This document shows positions 22,096 through 30,181 of a stretch of DNA of 37,408 nucleotides, in pieces. Numbering within the stretch: the first letter of the stretch is position 1; every line of letters begins with the position of its first letter. Source of the stretch: a virus; IMG/VR virus record IMGVR_UViG_3300049436_000016; one strand, 5' to 3'. Made by a program: the position numbers and the translations under genes. The notes beneath the pieces were generated by a model, which was not told where the DNA came from, searched no databases, and saw only the letters and a program-made list of their open reading frames with translations.

Positions 22096-22665
22096 ATGTC
22101 GATCAGCGCCGTCTCGATCTGCTCCAATGCCCTGCTAATGCTGGGCGATGCCCCGATCAACAGCTTCGAGGAGAACAACGACCGCACGCGCCTGGTCGCC
22201 AACCTTTACGCCATGCGCCGGGATGCCGTGCTGCGGGCGCACCCGTGGAACTGCGCCATAAAGCGGGTAGTGCTTTCGCCTGATCTGAATGCGCCGTCTT
22301 TCGGCTGGTCTTACCAATTCACCTTGCCGAATGACTGGATTCGCACGCTGTCAGTCGGTGCTGATGGCATCGAAGAGGAATACAAGGAAGAGGGCCGCAA
22401 AATCCTGATGGATTCGAATGCCTGTTTGCTTCGGTACGTGTTCCGCAATGAAGTCGAAGCGACATGGGATTCGCTGCTGATCTACGCGATGACCGAAGTC
22501 ATGAAATCCACCCTGGCTTACGCAGTGACGAAATCCGCCAGCAAGGAAGAATTGACCGAAGCGATTGTGGCCCGTGTGGTCAAGCAAGCGCGCGCCATCG
22601 ATGGGCAGGAAGGCACGCCGGAAACGCTGGGCGACTTCCCGCTGCTCGCCAACCGGATGCGCTGA
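22096..22665 (+). CDS. Tail tubular protein A / gp11-like adaptor (189 aa)
   Basis: ICSNALLMLGDAPINSFEENNDRTRLVANLYAMRRDAVLRAHPWNCA is the characteristic N-terminal pattern of podoviral gp11-like proteins. Size and position both fit. Confidence 0.75.
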   Translation: MSISAVSICSNALLMLGDAPINSFEENNDRTRLVANLYAMRRDAVLRAHPWNCAIKRVVLSPDLNAPSFGWSYQFTLPNDWIRTLSVGADGIEEEYKEEGRKILMDSNACLLRYVFRNEVEATWDSLLIYAMTEVMKSTLAYAVTKSASKEELTEAIVARVVKQARAIDGQEGTPETLGDFPLLANRMR

Positions 22666-22666
22666 C

Positions 22667-24916
22667 ATGCCCAAGATCAAGGTCATCCAATCGAACTTCA
22701 GCGCCGGTGAACTCTCGCCGAGGGCCATGGGCCGCGTGGATATTTCCCGCTACCCGATCACCGCCAAGCGAATGAAGAACGTCATTTCTCGCACGCTGGG
22801 CGGCGCCGAGAAGCGGCCAGGTACTGAGTTCATAGAATCGACCAAGGACAGCACCAAGAAGTCGCGCCTGATCCCGTTCGTGCTGTCGCGTGACGCTTCC
22901 TATGTGTTGGAGTTCGGCGATCTGTACATGCGCGTATTCCTGCCCGATGGCACGCCGGTCATGGATGGACCGTCGCCTTATGAGGTGGTCACGCCCTACA
23001 ACACGGCCGCCGTTCAATTGATGGACTACGCACAATCAGAAGATGCGATGTACCTGTTCCATCAGGATGTGTTCCCGCATCGCGTTCGGACCTTCGCCGA
23101 TGATTATTGGGATTGCTCTCCGGCACCTTTCACTGCGGAACCGTTTGACGAGGTGGGCGACTATTTTGCGGTGGCATTGACGCTATCGGCAAACACGGTC
23201 GGAACCGGGCGCACGATCACTGCGGCATCTGCCGTTTTCCTCGCCGCTGATGTTGGCCGGGCCATTCTGCACAAGGCCGGCGTGGTAGTGATCACCGGCT
23301 TCACCGATAGCCAGCATGTGACCGTCGAGGTCAAGGTGGTTTTCGAATCAACCAGCATCCCTTCCGGTGAATGGAATCTCGACACCAGCCCACAGGCAAC
23401 GCTGACGCCATCGGCCAAAGACCCGATAGGCGCATCGATCACGCTGACCGCTGGGGCCAATGCTTTCCGAAATGGCGACGTTGGGAAGTTTGTCCGCATG
23501 AATTCCGGGCTGCTGAAGATCACCGGATACACCAGCGCAACGATTGTTACCGCAACGATCCTCACTGTTCTTTCTGCTGTCACTGCAGCGCCGGCAATGG
23601 CCTGGACACTTGAATCGTCGGTGTGGAACGCATCAAACGGTTACCCGCGCACCGGGACGATGTTCGAGCAGCGCCTTGTTACCGCAGGCAGTCGGCGCTA
23701 TCCGCAGACCGTTTGGGGTTCGCGTACCGGCGAAGAATTGGATTTCACCAAAGGGGTCGCTGATGACGATGCGTTCATCTTCACGGTGGCCAACGAAGCG
23801 AACCTGATCAACTTCCTCGTTTCGTCGCGCAATCTGCTGATGCTGACCTATGGCGGCGAATACTCGCTGAACTCTGGCTCAGAGAAGCCAATCACCCCGA
23901 CCAACGTGCAGATCAAGCCGCAGTCGCCCTATGGCTGCAGCACATCGCGCCCGGTTCGCGTCGGCAAGGAAACGCTGTTCGCGCAACGGGCCGGCAAGCG
24001 CATCCGCGCCATGGGCTACCGCTATGACGAGGACGGCTACAAGTCGCCCGACATCTCTACGCTGTCCGAGCATCTGGCTGAGACCGGTGTGGCTGGCATG
24101 TGCCTGCAGCAAGAACCCGATCCGATTGTGTGGGCATGGATGAACAACGGCATGCTGGTATCGATCACCATTGACCGTGATCTGGATGTGATTGCTGTGA
24201 CATGGCACGAAACGCAAGGGGCTGTCGAATCGGTGGCTGTCATCCCGGCATCGGACAGCGAGCAGGTATGGATGATCGTACGCCGCTCGGTCAATGGGTC
24301 CATCGTGCGCTACGTCGAGCGCATGCGCCCTGATTGGTATCCGGTCTATGGGACCGTGGCACCTGACACCAACATTTTCCCACCGCAGCCGCAGCCGTTT
24401 AGCTGGGGATTTCAGCTTGACTGCGCGGTGACCGATGACGACGCCACGGGCAAGGCTACATGGACCGGGCTGGATCATCTCGAGAGCGAAACGGTGCACT
24501 GCATCGCCGACGGTGTGCATATGGGTACGTTCGTTGTGACTTCCGGGGCGATCACCTTGCCCCGCGCCGCCAAGCGCGTCCTGATCGGCCTGCTGTTCCT
24601 GCCCGAGATTGTCACGCTGACGCCCGAGATTCAGGGCGCATCCGGAACGATTCAAGGCGATGCCATGAGTACCAATCGCGTCACGGTTCGCCTGTATCGG
24701 ACCATCGGGTGCACGGTCAATGGTCAGGAGGTCGCATCCGGCCGCGTCATTGGTCCGGACCAGCTGGACACCATCCCCGAAATATTCACCGGAGACAAGG
24801 ACGTTTCCACCATCGGCTGGAAGCGTGGTGTTTCAGAAATAACCGTTTCACAAGATTCCCCCCTGCCGTTTCACCTGCTCGCGGTCGTTCGCGAAATCAC
24901 CATCAATGGAGGCTGA
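22667..24916 (+). CDS. Tail tubular protein B / gp12-like nozzle (749 aa)
   Basis: ORF track 22565..24916. The ATG at 22667 lies 1 nt after the upstream stop. MPKIKVIQSNFSAGELSPRAMGRVDISRYPITAKRMKNVISRTLGGAEKRPGTEF is the typical N-terminus of this family. Confidence 0.8.
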   Translation: MPKIKVIQSNFSAGELSPRAMGRVDISRYPITAKRMKNVISRTLGGAEKRPGTEFIESTKDSTKKSRLIPFVLSRDASYVLEFGDLYMRVFLPDGTPVMDGPSPYEVVTPYNTAAVQLMDYAQSEDAMYLFHQDVFPHRVRTFADDYWDCSPAPFTAEPFDEVGDYFAVALTLSANTVGTGRTITAASAVFLAADVGRAILHKAGVVVITGFTDSQHVTVEVKVVFESTSIPSGEWNLDTSPQATLTPSAKDPIGASITLTAGANAFRNGDVGKFVRMNSGLLKITGYTSATIVTATILTVLSAVTAAPAMAWTLESSVWNASNGYPRTGTMFEQRLVTAGSRRYPQTVWGSRTGEELDFTKGVADDDAFIFTVANEANLINFLVSSRNLLMLTYGGEYSLNSGSEKPITPTNVQIKPQSPYGCSTSRPVRVGKETLFAQRAGKRIRAMGYRYDEDGYKSPDISTLSEHLAETGVAGMCLQQEPDPIVWAWMNNGMLVSITIDRDLDVIAVTWHETQGAVESVAVIPASDSEQVWMIVRRSVNGSIVRYVERMRPDWYPVYGTVAPDTNIFPPQPQPFSWGFQLDCAVTDDDATGKATWTGLDHLESETVHCIADGVHMGTFVVTSGAITLPRAAKRVLIGLLFLPEIVTLTPEIQGASGTIQGDAMSTNRVTVRLYRTIGCTVNGQEVASGRVIGPDQLDTIPEIFTGDKDVSTIGWKRGVSEITVSQDSPLPFHLLAVVREITINGG

Positions 24917-24917
24917 C

Positions 24918-25370
24918 ATGATCAGACCGGCAACCGTCGAAGACATCCCGCGCATTGTCGAACTCGGCAATATGCTGCATCAGGAATCGCGCTACGCAGC
25001 CATTTCGTTCAGCGAAGAAAAGGTGACGGCTCTGATGACGCACCTGATTACCATCGAAGGCGTGGTGTTTGTCGCCGAAGTTGATGGGGAAATCGTCGGC
25101 GGAATCGCTGGCAGCGTGACTGAGTTCTGGTTCTCGACCGAAAAGCAGGCTTTCGATTATTCGTTTTTCCTGGCACCGGAAGCCCGCCACGGCATGCAGG
25201 CGGTTCGCCTGATGGCGGCTTTCGAGAACTGGGCAAAGCTGCAAGGGGTGCGTCAGATCGACATGGGGATCACCACTGACATTCACGTCGACCAGTCTGC
25301 GCGGCTGTACAACGGCATGGGCTACAAGGATTGCGGCCGGCTGTTCGTCAAGGAGTTGCAATGCTCGTGA
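24918..25370 (+). CDS. GNAT-family N-acetyltransferase (150 aa)
   Basis: ORF track 24906..25370. GGAGG lies 5 nt before the ATG at 24918. GNAT layout: VFVAEVDGEIVGGIAG...FFLAPEARHGMQAVRLMAAFENWAK...ARLYNGMGY. Confidence 0.8.
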   Translation: MIRPATVEDIPRIVELGNMLHQESRYAAISFSEEKVTALMTHLITIEGVVFVAEVDGEIVGGIAGSVTEFWFSTEKQAFDYSFFLAPEARHGMQAVRLMAAFENWAKLQGVRQIDMGITTDIHVDQSARLYNGMGYKDCGRLFVKELQCS

Positions 25371-26293
25371 TCGAAAAATGCACCGTTGCCGATATTGAAA
25401 ACGCGCCGAACATAGCCGAGATTCTGGCCGAGTACGCCAAGGAATGCGCCACCGATGGTGCCGGCCTGTCATCTCCACAGTGGGACATTTACCGTGCCAT
25501 CGAAGCATCCGGGGCGCTGCAATCGTTTGGTGCGTTCGTCGATGGGGTGATGGTCGGGTTCATCACGGTGGCAGTGATGCGCCGGCCGCACTATGACCAG
25601 CCGATTGCCAGCTATGAATCGTATTTCGTGCTGGAACGTTTCCGCAAAACAGGGGCTGGAATTGCGTTGTTGCGGAAGGCCAAGGAATACGCGAAGGACA
25701 GCAGCGCACCTGGGCTGTTCGTTAATGCATCGGTCGGCAGTGATCTTGATCGAGTGCTATCCGGAATCGGAGCAAGGCACACGCATAACGTTCGATTCAT
25801 CCCGCTTACCAACCGGGCGGTCGCGAACAATCCACCTCGGTTTCAAGCGATGCCGGAATCCATTCGCGATCAGGTCGGAAAATTCCGTGATGCAATTGAA
25901 TCGGTTGGCGTCAAGTCAATGCACACCGACCACGTTCTGCACGCCGGAACCTACGCCAGAACGATGAAACTTGAAGCCGGTCACGTTTTGGTAGGCACCG
26001 TCGTTCAGGTCGACACCGTTGTGATCTTCCACGGCAAGGCAAAGGTATTCGTTGGTTATGGGTGGGTGTTGCTTGACGGGTATCACGTCATACCAGCCTC
26101 GGCGATGCGGCAACAGGTGTTTGAGTCGATTACTGATTGCTATATCACCGCCATTTTTGCGACCGATGCAACCACCGTCGAAGAAGCCGAGGCTCAGGCA
26201 ACCAGCACCCCGAACGCGCTTCTTTCGCGAGCCAAAGAAAGCTGCAACACGATTTTTAAATCAGGAGGTTCCCAATGTCTTACGCAGCCGTAG
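25361..26293 (+). CDS. GNAT acetyltransferase domain fused to a C-terminal beta-rich domain of unknown function (310 aa)
   Basis: ORF track 25331..26293. AAGGAG lies 6 nt before the ATG at 25361. Motif A is FRKTGAGIALLRKAKEYA (R-x-x-G-x-G). About 150 C-terminal residues (HVLHAGTYARTM...VLLDGYHVIPA...) look cupin/beta-barrel-like. Confidence 0.75.
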   Translation: MLVIEKCTVADIENAPNIAEILAEYAKECATDGAGLSSPQWDIYRAIEASGALQSFGAFVDGVMVGFITVAVMRRPHYDQPIASYESYFVLERFRKTGAGIALLRKAKEYAKDSSAPGLFVNASVGSDLDRVLSGIGARHTHNVRFIPLTNRAVANNPPRFQAMPESIRDQVGKFRDAIESVGVKSMHTDHVLHAGTYARTMKLEAGHVLVGTVVQVDTVVIFHGKAKVFVGYGWVLLDGYHVIPASAMRQQVFESITDCYITAIFATDATTVEEAEAQATSTPNALLSRAKESCNTIFKSGGSQCLTQP

Positions 26294-26751
26294 TTGCGGC
26301 AGTTGCGGCAGTTGCTGGGACGGCGACAAGCGTCTATTCCCAGCAGCAAGCCGCCAAGGCCCAGCAAGAGAACGCCAACGAGCAGGCCAAGATTGCCATT
26401 GATCAGGCTGCTGGTGAAGCAGATGCCCGCAAGGCGCAGGCCGAGAAGATTCGCAAGCTGGGCAATTTCCAGCGCGGTGAGGCCAAGGCAGCACTGGCCG
26501 CGTCCGGGGTGAAGCTCGGCGAAGGAACGGCGCTCGAAGTCGATAAGTCGATCATCAAGAATTCGGAAGACGATGCGTTGTCAGCCATCCTGAGCGGTGA
26601 TCGCATCGTCAAGTCAGCAGGCCGTGAGGCAGACAGCTTGATCAAGGCCGGCCAGAACGCCCGAAAGAACGCAAACATGCAATCGGCAGCGACCGTTCTT
26701 TCTTCGGCTGGTTCTATCGCATCGGGGTGGAAGACCCCGGCCAAGCAGTGA
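26275..26751 (+). CDS. Internal virion / ejection protein, gp14-like (158 aa; N-terminal hydrophobic helix)
   Basis: MSYAAVVAAVAAVAGTATSVY..., then A/K/Q-rich helical sequence. AGGAGG RBS. Its position is after the nozzle gene. Confidence 0.65.
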   Translation: MSYAAVVAAVAAVAGTATSVYSQQQAAKAQQENANEQAKIAIDQAAGEADARKAQAEKIRKLGNFQRGEAKAALAASGVKLGEGTALEVDKSIIKNSEDDALSAILSGDRIVKSAGREADSLIKAGQNARKNANMQSAATVLSSAGSIASGWKTPAKQ

Positions 26752-26758
26752 GGCACCC

Positions 26759-28789
26759 ATGAAAATACCTGTCGGTAACTTTGGCCTGCAAGTCGCCCAG
26801 CCAGGGCCGCGTCCTCGTCTTTCACCCGGAGAGTTCGACAACGGCGCAGAAGGCATGCAGCAAGCTGGCCGCGCGATTACGAATGCCGGTCTTTCGATGA
26901 TGGATGCGGTCAACAAGCAAGCCGAGGAAGAGAAGCGCCAGAATCAGGCGCTCGCCAAGGCTAAAGCAGCGAATGCCATCCTCGACCATGAAACCGCAAT
27001 CAGCGGGATCACTGAGGACATTAAGCTACGCTTGGCCGATGGCAGCCTGAAACATGGCGATGCGGCCAAGGAATACCAGAACCGCGTTGGCCAGATTAAA
27101 CCGAATACCATCGATGGAATTGATCCTGTCACACAGGAGAATTACGCCAAAGGCCTGAAGCGTGCCGAGTTCTCTGGCGAGAAGACGCTGAACGGCGCTA
27201 TCGCTGGTGCGAGGACGGCAGAATTCCGTGGTCAGGCTGATGGATTACTCGACAAGATCGGCAAGAGGGCCAGCCTGCCCGGCGCCAGCGTCGAACAGTT
27301 GAACGCCTATATCGACACACCGGACGCCGAGGCTATGGGACGCGCTGCCTATGGTGCAGCATGGGACAAGAAGAAGCAGGACTGGAAGGACAACAACTGG
27401 AACGCCAACCTGAACCAGCAGGCCATGGCGGCGCGCAACGATGTGAAGTCGATCGACTCGCTGATGCAGCGCATAACCTCCGGCGATATGTCCGACAAGC
27501 TGGATTCAGACAAGCGCAACACGCTGGTTGCCAAGCTTGACGGCTACAAGACATCACTGATTCAGCGGCAGGAGGCGGCAGCAGCACGCGCCGAACGTCA
27601 GGCCGAGCGCCACCTGAAGCAAGCCGAGGCTGAATTTAACACCTTCCAGGCCATGAGCGATAAGGGCTTGATGGTAGCACCTGAGTACATCGACCGCGTG
27701 ATGCAGAAGACTTCAGGCACGCCATATCAGCAAGGCATCACTGCACTGGTTGCAGCGGCCAAGGAAAACGGCGGCATTGCCTCGCAGCCCATCGTCCGGC
27801 AGCAGGCCACGCTCGACCAACTAGATGCGCAGATCGCCAGAACAGGCCGAACGCCAGAACTCGACAAGCGGCGCGAACAGGTTGCCAAGGTGCTGCAACA
27901 GAGCCAGTCCGACCTGCGGGAAAACGGATTGCGGGCTGGTCTGGAGCGCGGCGTGATCGATCAGATGGCTCCCATTGATGTCAGCACACCGGAAGCGTTC
28001 GGCGCATCGATTGGCAAGCGTCTGGAGCAGGCGCAGACGGTCGGCCAGTGGTCAGGCTCCAACGTTTCCCCGCTGGATGCTCGCGAGGCTGAACAGGTTC
28101 GCACCATGCTTGAGGCTCTACCGGCCAAGCAACGATCACAGGCCATCGCCACAGTATCGGCAGCGGTCGGCCCCAAGGCGGCGTCAGCTATTGCGCTGCA
28201 ACTAGATAAGCAGTCCAAGCCGCTGGCGCTTGCATTCGCTACGGCTACGCAACAGACAACGGCCGGGCGCTATACCTCTGAGTTGATCCTGAAGGGCGAT
28301 CAAGCCATTCGTGACGGCGCCGTGATGAAGGACGACAAGAAGGTGACCGGCTGGAAGGCCAACATCGCGCAGGAGGTCGATGGCGCGTTCGGCAATGAAC
28401 AAGTCACGCAATCGGTCAAGGACGCGGCCTATTACATCACTGCCGGGATTGCCGCAGAGAATGGCGGGAACGCCGGAACGTCAGACATCAAGCGGGCTGT
28501 TCGGCTGGCTGTTGGTGGCGACATCATCGAACGCAATGGCAAGAAGCTGCCGATTCCGGGCGGCATGGATGCGGCCGACTTTGAGCAGCGGCTGAAGACT
28601 GCCTCTGCAACGGTAGCCAGACAGGGAAGCGTTCGCGTCGGTGGCGTCGAAATGAGTGGCGAAGACTTTGCCGCAGTGCTACCCGGTCAGGAACTGATGC
28701 CGGTCGGGATGGGGCGGTATGCCGTGATCGTCAAGGGCCGCCCGGTGATGAATCAGGCCGGAAAGCCTGTCGTGATCGAGGTGAAGTAA
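26759..28789 (+). CDS. Internal virion / ejection protein, gp15-like (676 aa)
   Basis: ORF track. Long helical A/Q/K-rich protein in the core-protein position. Confidence 0.65.
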   Translation: MKIPVGNFGLQVAQPGPRPRLSPGEFDNGAEGMQQAGRAITNAGLSMMDAVNKQAEEEKRQNQALAKAKAANAILDHETAISGITEDIKLRLADGSLKHGDAAKEYQNRVGQIKPNTIDGIDPVTQENYAKGLKRAEFSGEKTLNGAIAGARTAEFRGQADGLLDKIGKRASLPGASVEQLNAYIDTPDAEAMGRAAYGAAWDKKKQDWKDNNWNANLNQQAMAARNDVKSIDSLMQRITSGDMSDKLDSDKRNTLVAKLDGYKTSLIQRQEAAAARAERQAERHLKQAEAEFNTFQAMSDKGLMVAPEYIDRVMQKTSGTPYQQGITALVAAAKENGGIASQPIVRQQATLDQLDAQIARTGRTPELDKRREQVAKVLQQSQSDLRENGLRAGLERGVIDQMAPIDVSTPEAFGASIGKRLEQAQTVGQWSGSNVSPLDAREAEQVRTMLEALPAKQRSQAIATVSAAVGPKAASAIALQLDKQSKPLALAFATATQQTTAGRYTSELILKGDQAIRDGAVMKDDKKVTGWKANIAQEVDGAFGNEQVTQSVKDAAYYITAGIAAENGGNAGTSDIKRAVRLAVGGDIIERNGKKLPIPGGMDAADFEQRLKTASATVARQGSVRVGGVEMSGEDFAAVLPGQELMPVGMGRYAVIVKGRPVMNQAGKPVVIEVK

Positions 28790-29991
28790 TGGGACTGCTC
28801 GACGCCTACGAAGACAGCGCCAACACTGCGCTTCGTGTCATGGATGCCCGCCCGGTTGAACTTGATAAACCAAAGCCGAAGCATTCCGCATGGTCTGCAC
28901 CAATTCGGGCAGTTGCTGCCGCTGGCGCTGAGGTATTGGGCAACGTGGTCGACACGGCCGCAGCAGCTGGGCAGGTGGCCGCATCGGTCGGAGGCATAAC
29001 GCCCGGTTTCGATGCACAGAACAACCGGCAGCAGTCGCTTGACGCGATGGACACGCTGAAGACTGAAGGAATCAACTGGCGCACCGATGAAGGGCAGCAG
29101 GCTTACCGGTTCGGCGCCGATCTTCGCCCTGATCCGCAAACGGCCGGCACTGCTGAAAACCTTGTGTTCTCGCTGACCAAAGGATTGACCAAAGCCATCG
29201 GCGCGGCAGCAACGCTTGGCCCGATAGCTGGCGCCGCAGCGTTCGGCGGGTCGGAAGGCATGACCGCATCGGAAGACCTTGCCGTGCAGGGCGTTGATCA
29301 GGAAACGCGCACCAAGGTCGGCTTGGTAACCGCTGGCTTCAATGCGGCCGGCGTTGCTCTGCCAGTGGCCGGGCAGACGCTGAAGCAGACGGCGGGGCTA
29401 GTTGTCACTGGCGGCCCGCTGTCGTTCATGGCCCAGCAGCAGGCGACGCGCTCCATTCTCGAGAATGCCGACTATGGCGAGATCGCCAAGCAATATGACC
29501 CGCTTGATCCGGTTGGTCTGACCGTTTCCACGCTGCTCCCGGCCGGCTTTGCTGCCTATGCCAAGCGCGGCGGGTTCGGTAAGCCGGCTGTTTCGCAGGA
29601 AGCGGTCGATGCGGCGATGGTGCAGAACCTGACGGCGGTTCGCGATCTGCACGAATCTGTTTTCCCAGGCGAGAAGCCAATCACCGACTTCGAACCGCCC
29701 AAGCAATCGGCCCCTGATCCAGCGGTCAAGGATTCCTTGACGACTCAGCAGGCAGCGAACACAGAAACACCTGACGCCTACGCTTCCCGCGTCGACCAGC
29801 TGCTGAAAGACCAGCCCGAAATCGTTGCCCGCCTGGACGATGCCGGTCAGCCGGTGAAGTTGGCCGACGAACTGGAAGTCATCAAGAAGCAGGCGCAAGA
29901 GGGAACGGATACCGAGTTTGGGGCGCTCGACGCACCGCTGCTGAAGGTAGCCGCCGAGTGCGCGCTGGCTATAGGAGCAGTAGGGCTATGA
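28789..29991 (+). CDS. Internal virion protein (400 aa)
   Basis: ORF track. TAATG start/stop overlap. Ala/Gly-rich hydrophobic central segment. Confidence 0.65.
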   Translation: MGLLDAYEDSANTALRVMDARPVELDKPKPKHSAWSAPIRAVAAAGAEVLGNVVDTAAAAGQVAASVGGITPGFDAQNNRQQSLDAMDTLKTEGINWRTDEGQQAYRFGADLRPDPQTAGTAENLVFSLTKGLTKAIGAAATLGPIAGAAAFGGSEGMTASEDLAVQGVDQETRTKVGLVTAGFNAAGVALPVAGQTLKQTAGLVVTGGPLSFMAQQQATRSILENADYGEIAKQYDPLDPVGLTVSTLLPAGFAAYAKRGGFGKPAVSQEAVDAAMVQNLTAVRDLHESVFPGEKPITDFEPPKQSAPDPAVKDSLTTQQAANTETPDAYASRVDQLLKDQPEIVARLDDAGQPVKLADELEVIKKQAQEGTDTEFGALDAPLLKVAAECALAIGAVGL

Positions 29992-30181
29992 CACAGCCGA
30001 TGAACACCATGCCGATATACACCCGGAACCAGCGACGCGAATACTCCCACGCCTGCCGCCAGTTTCCGAACGTGCAGACGCCTGCCAGCGGAACGACGGC
30101 AAACAAGATGCCGAACACCACTACCAGCCTAATCGGGTAGGGAAACCAGAGAAGGAAATCAAGCATGCACGCAGATTGCAT
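29969..30181 (-). CDS. Possible antisense two-TM membrane protein (70 aa) in the only sizeable gap of the ejection-protein block
   Basis: ORF track 29969..30184 (TTG). Translation ...LDFLLWFPYPIRLVVVFGILFAVVPLAGV...RRWFRVYIGMVFIGCVIALLLL gives two clean TM helices with a basic loop. There is no convincing RBS or promoter. A competing plus-strand 50-aa ORF (29988..30140, ATGA-coupled) shares aligned third codon positions. Confidence 0.35.
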   Translation of the reverse strand: MQSACMLDFLLWFPYPIRLVVVFGILFAVVPLAGVCTFGNWRQAWEYSRRWFRVYIGMVFIGCVIALLLL

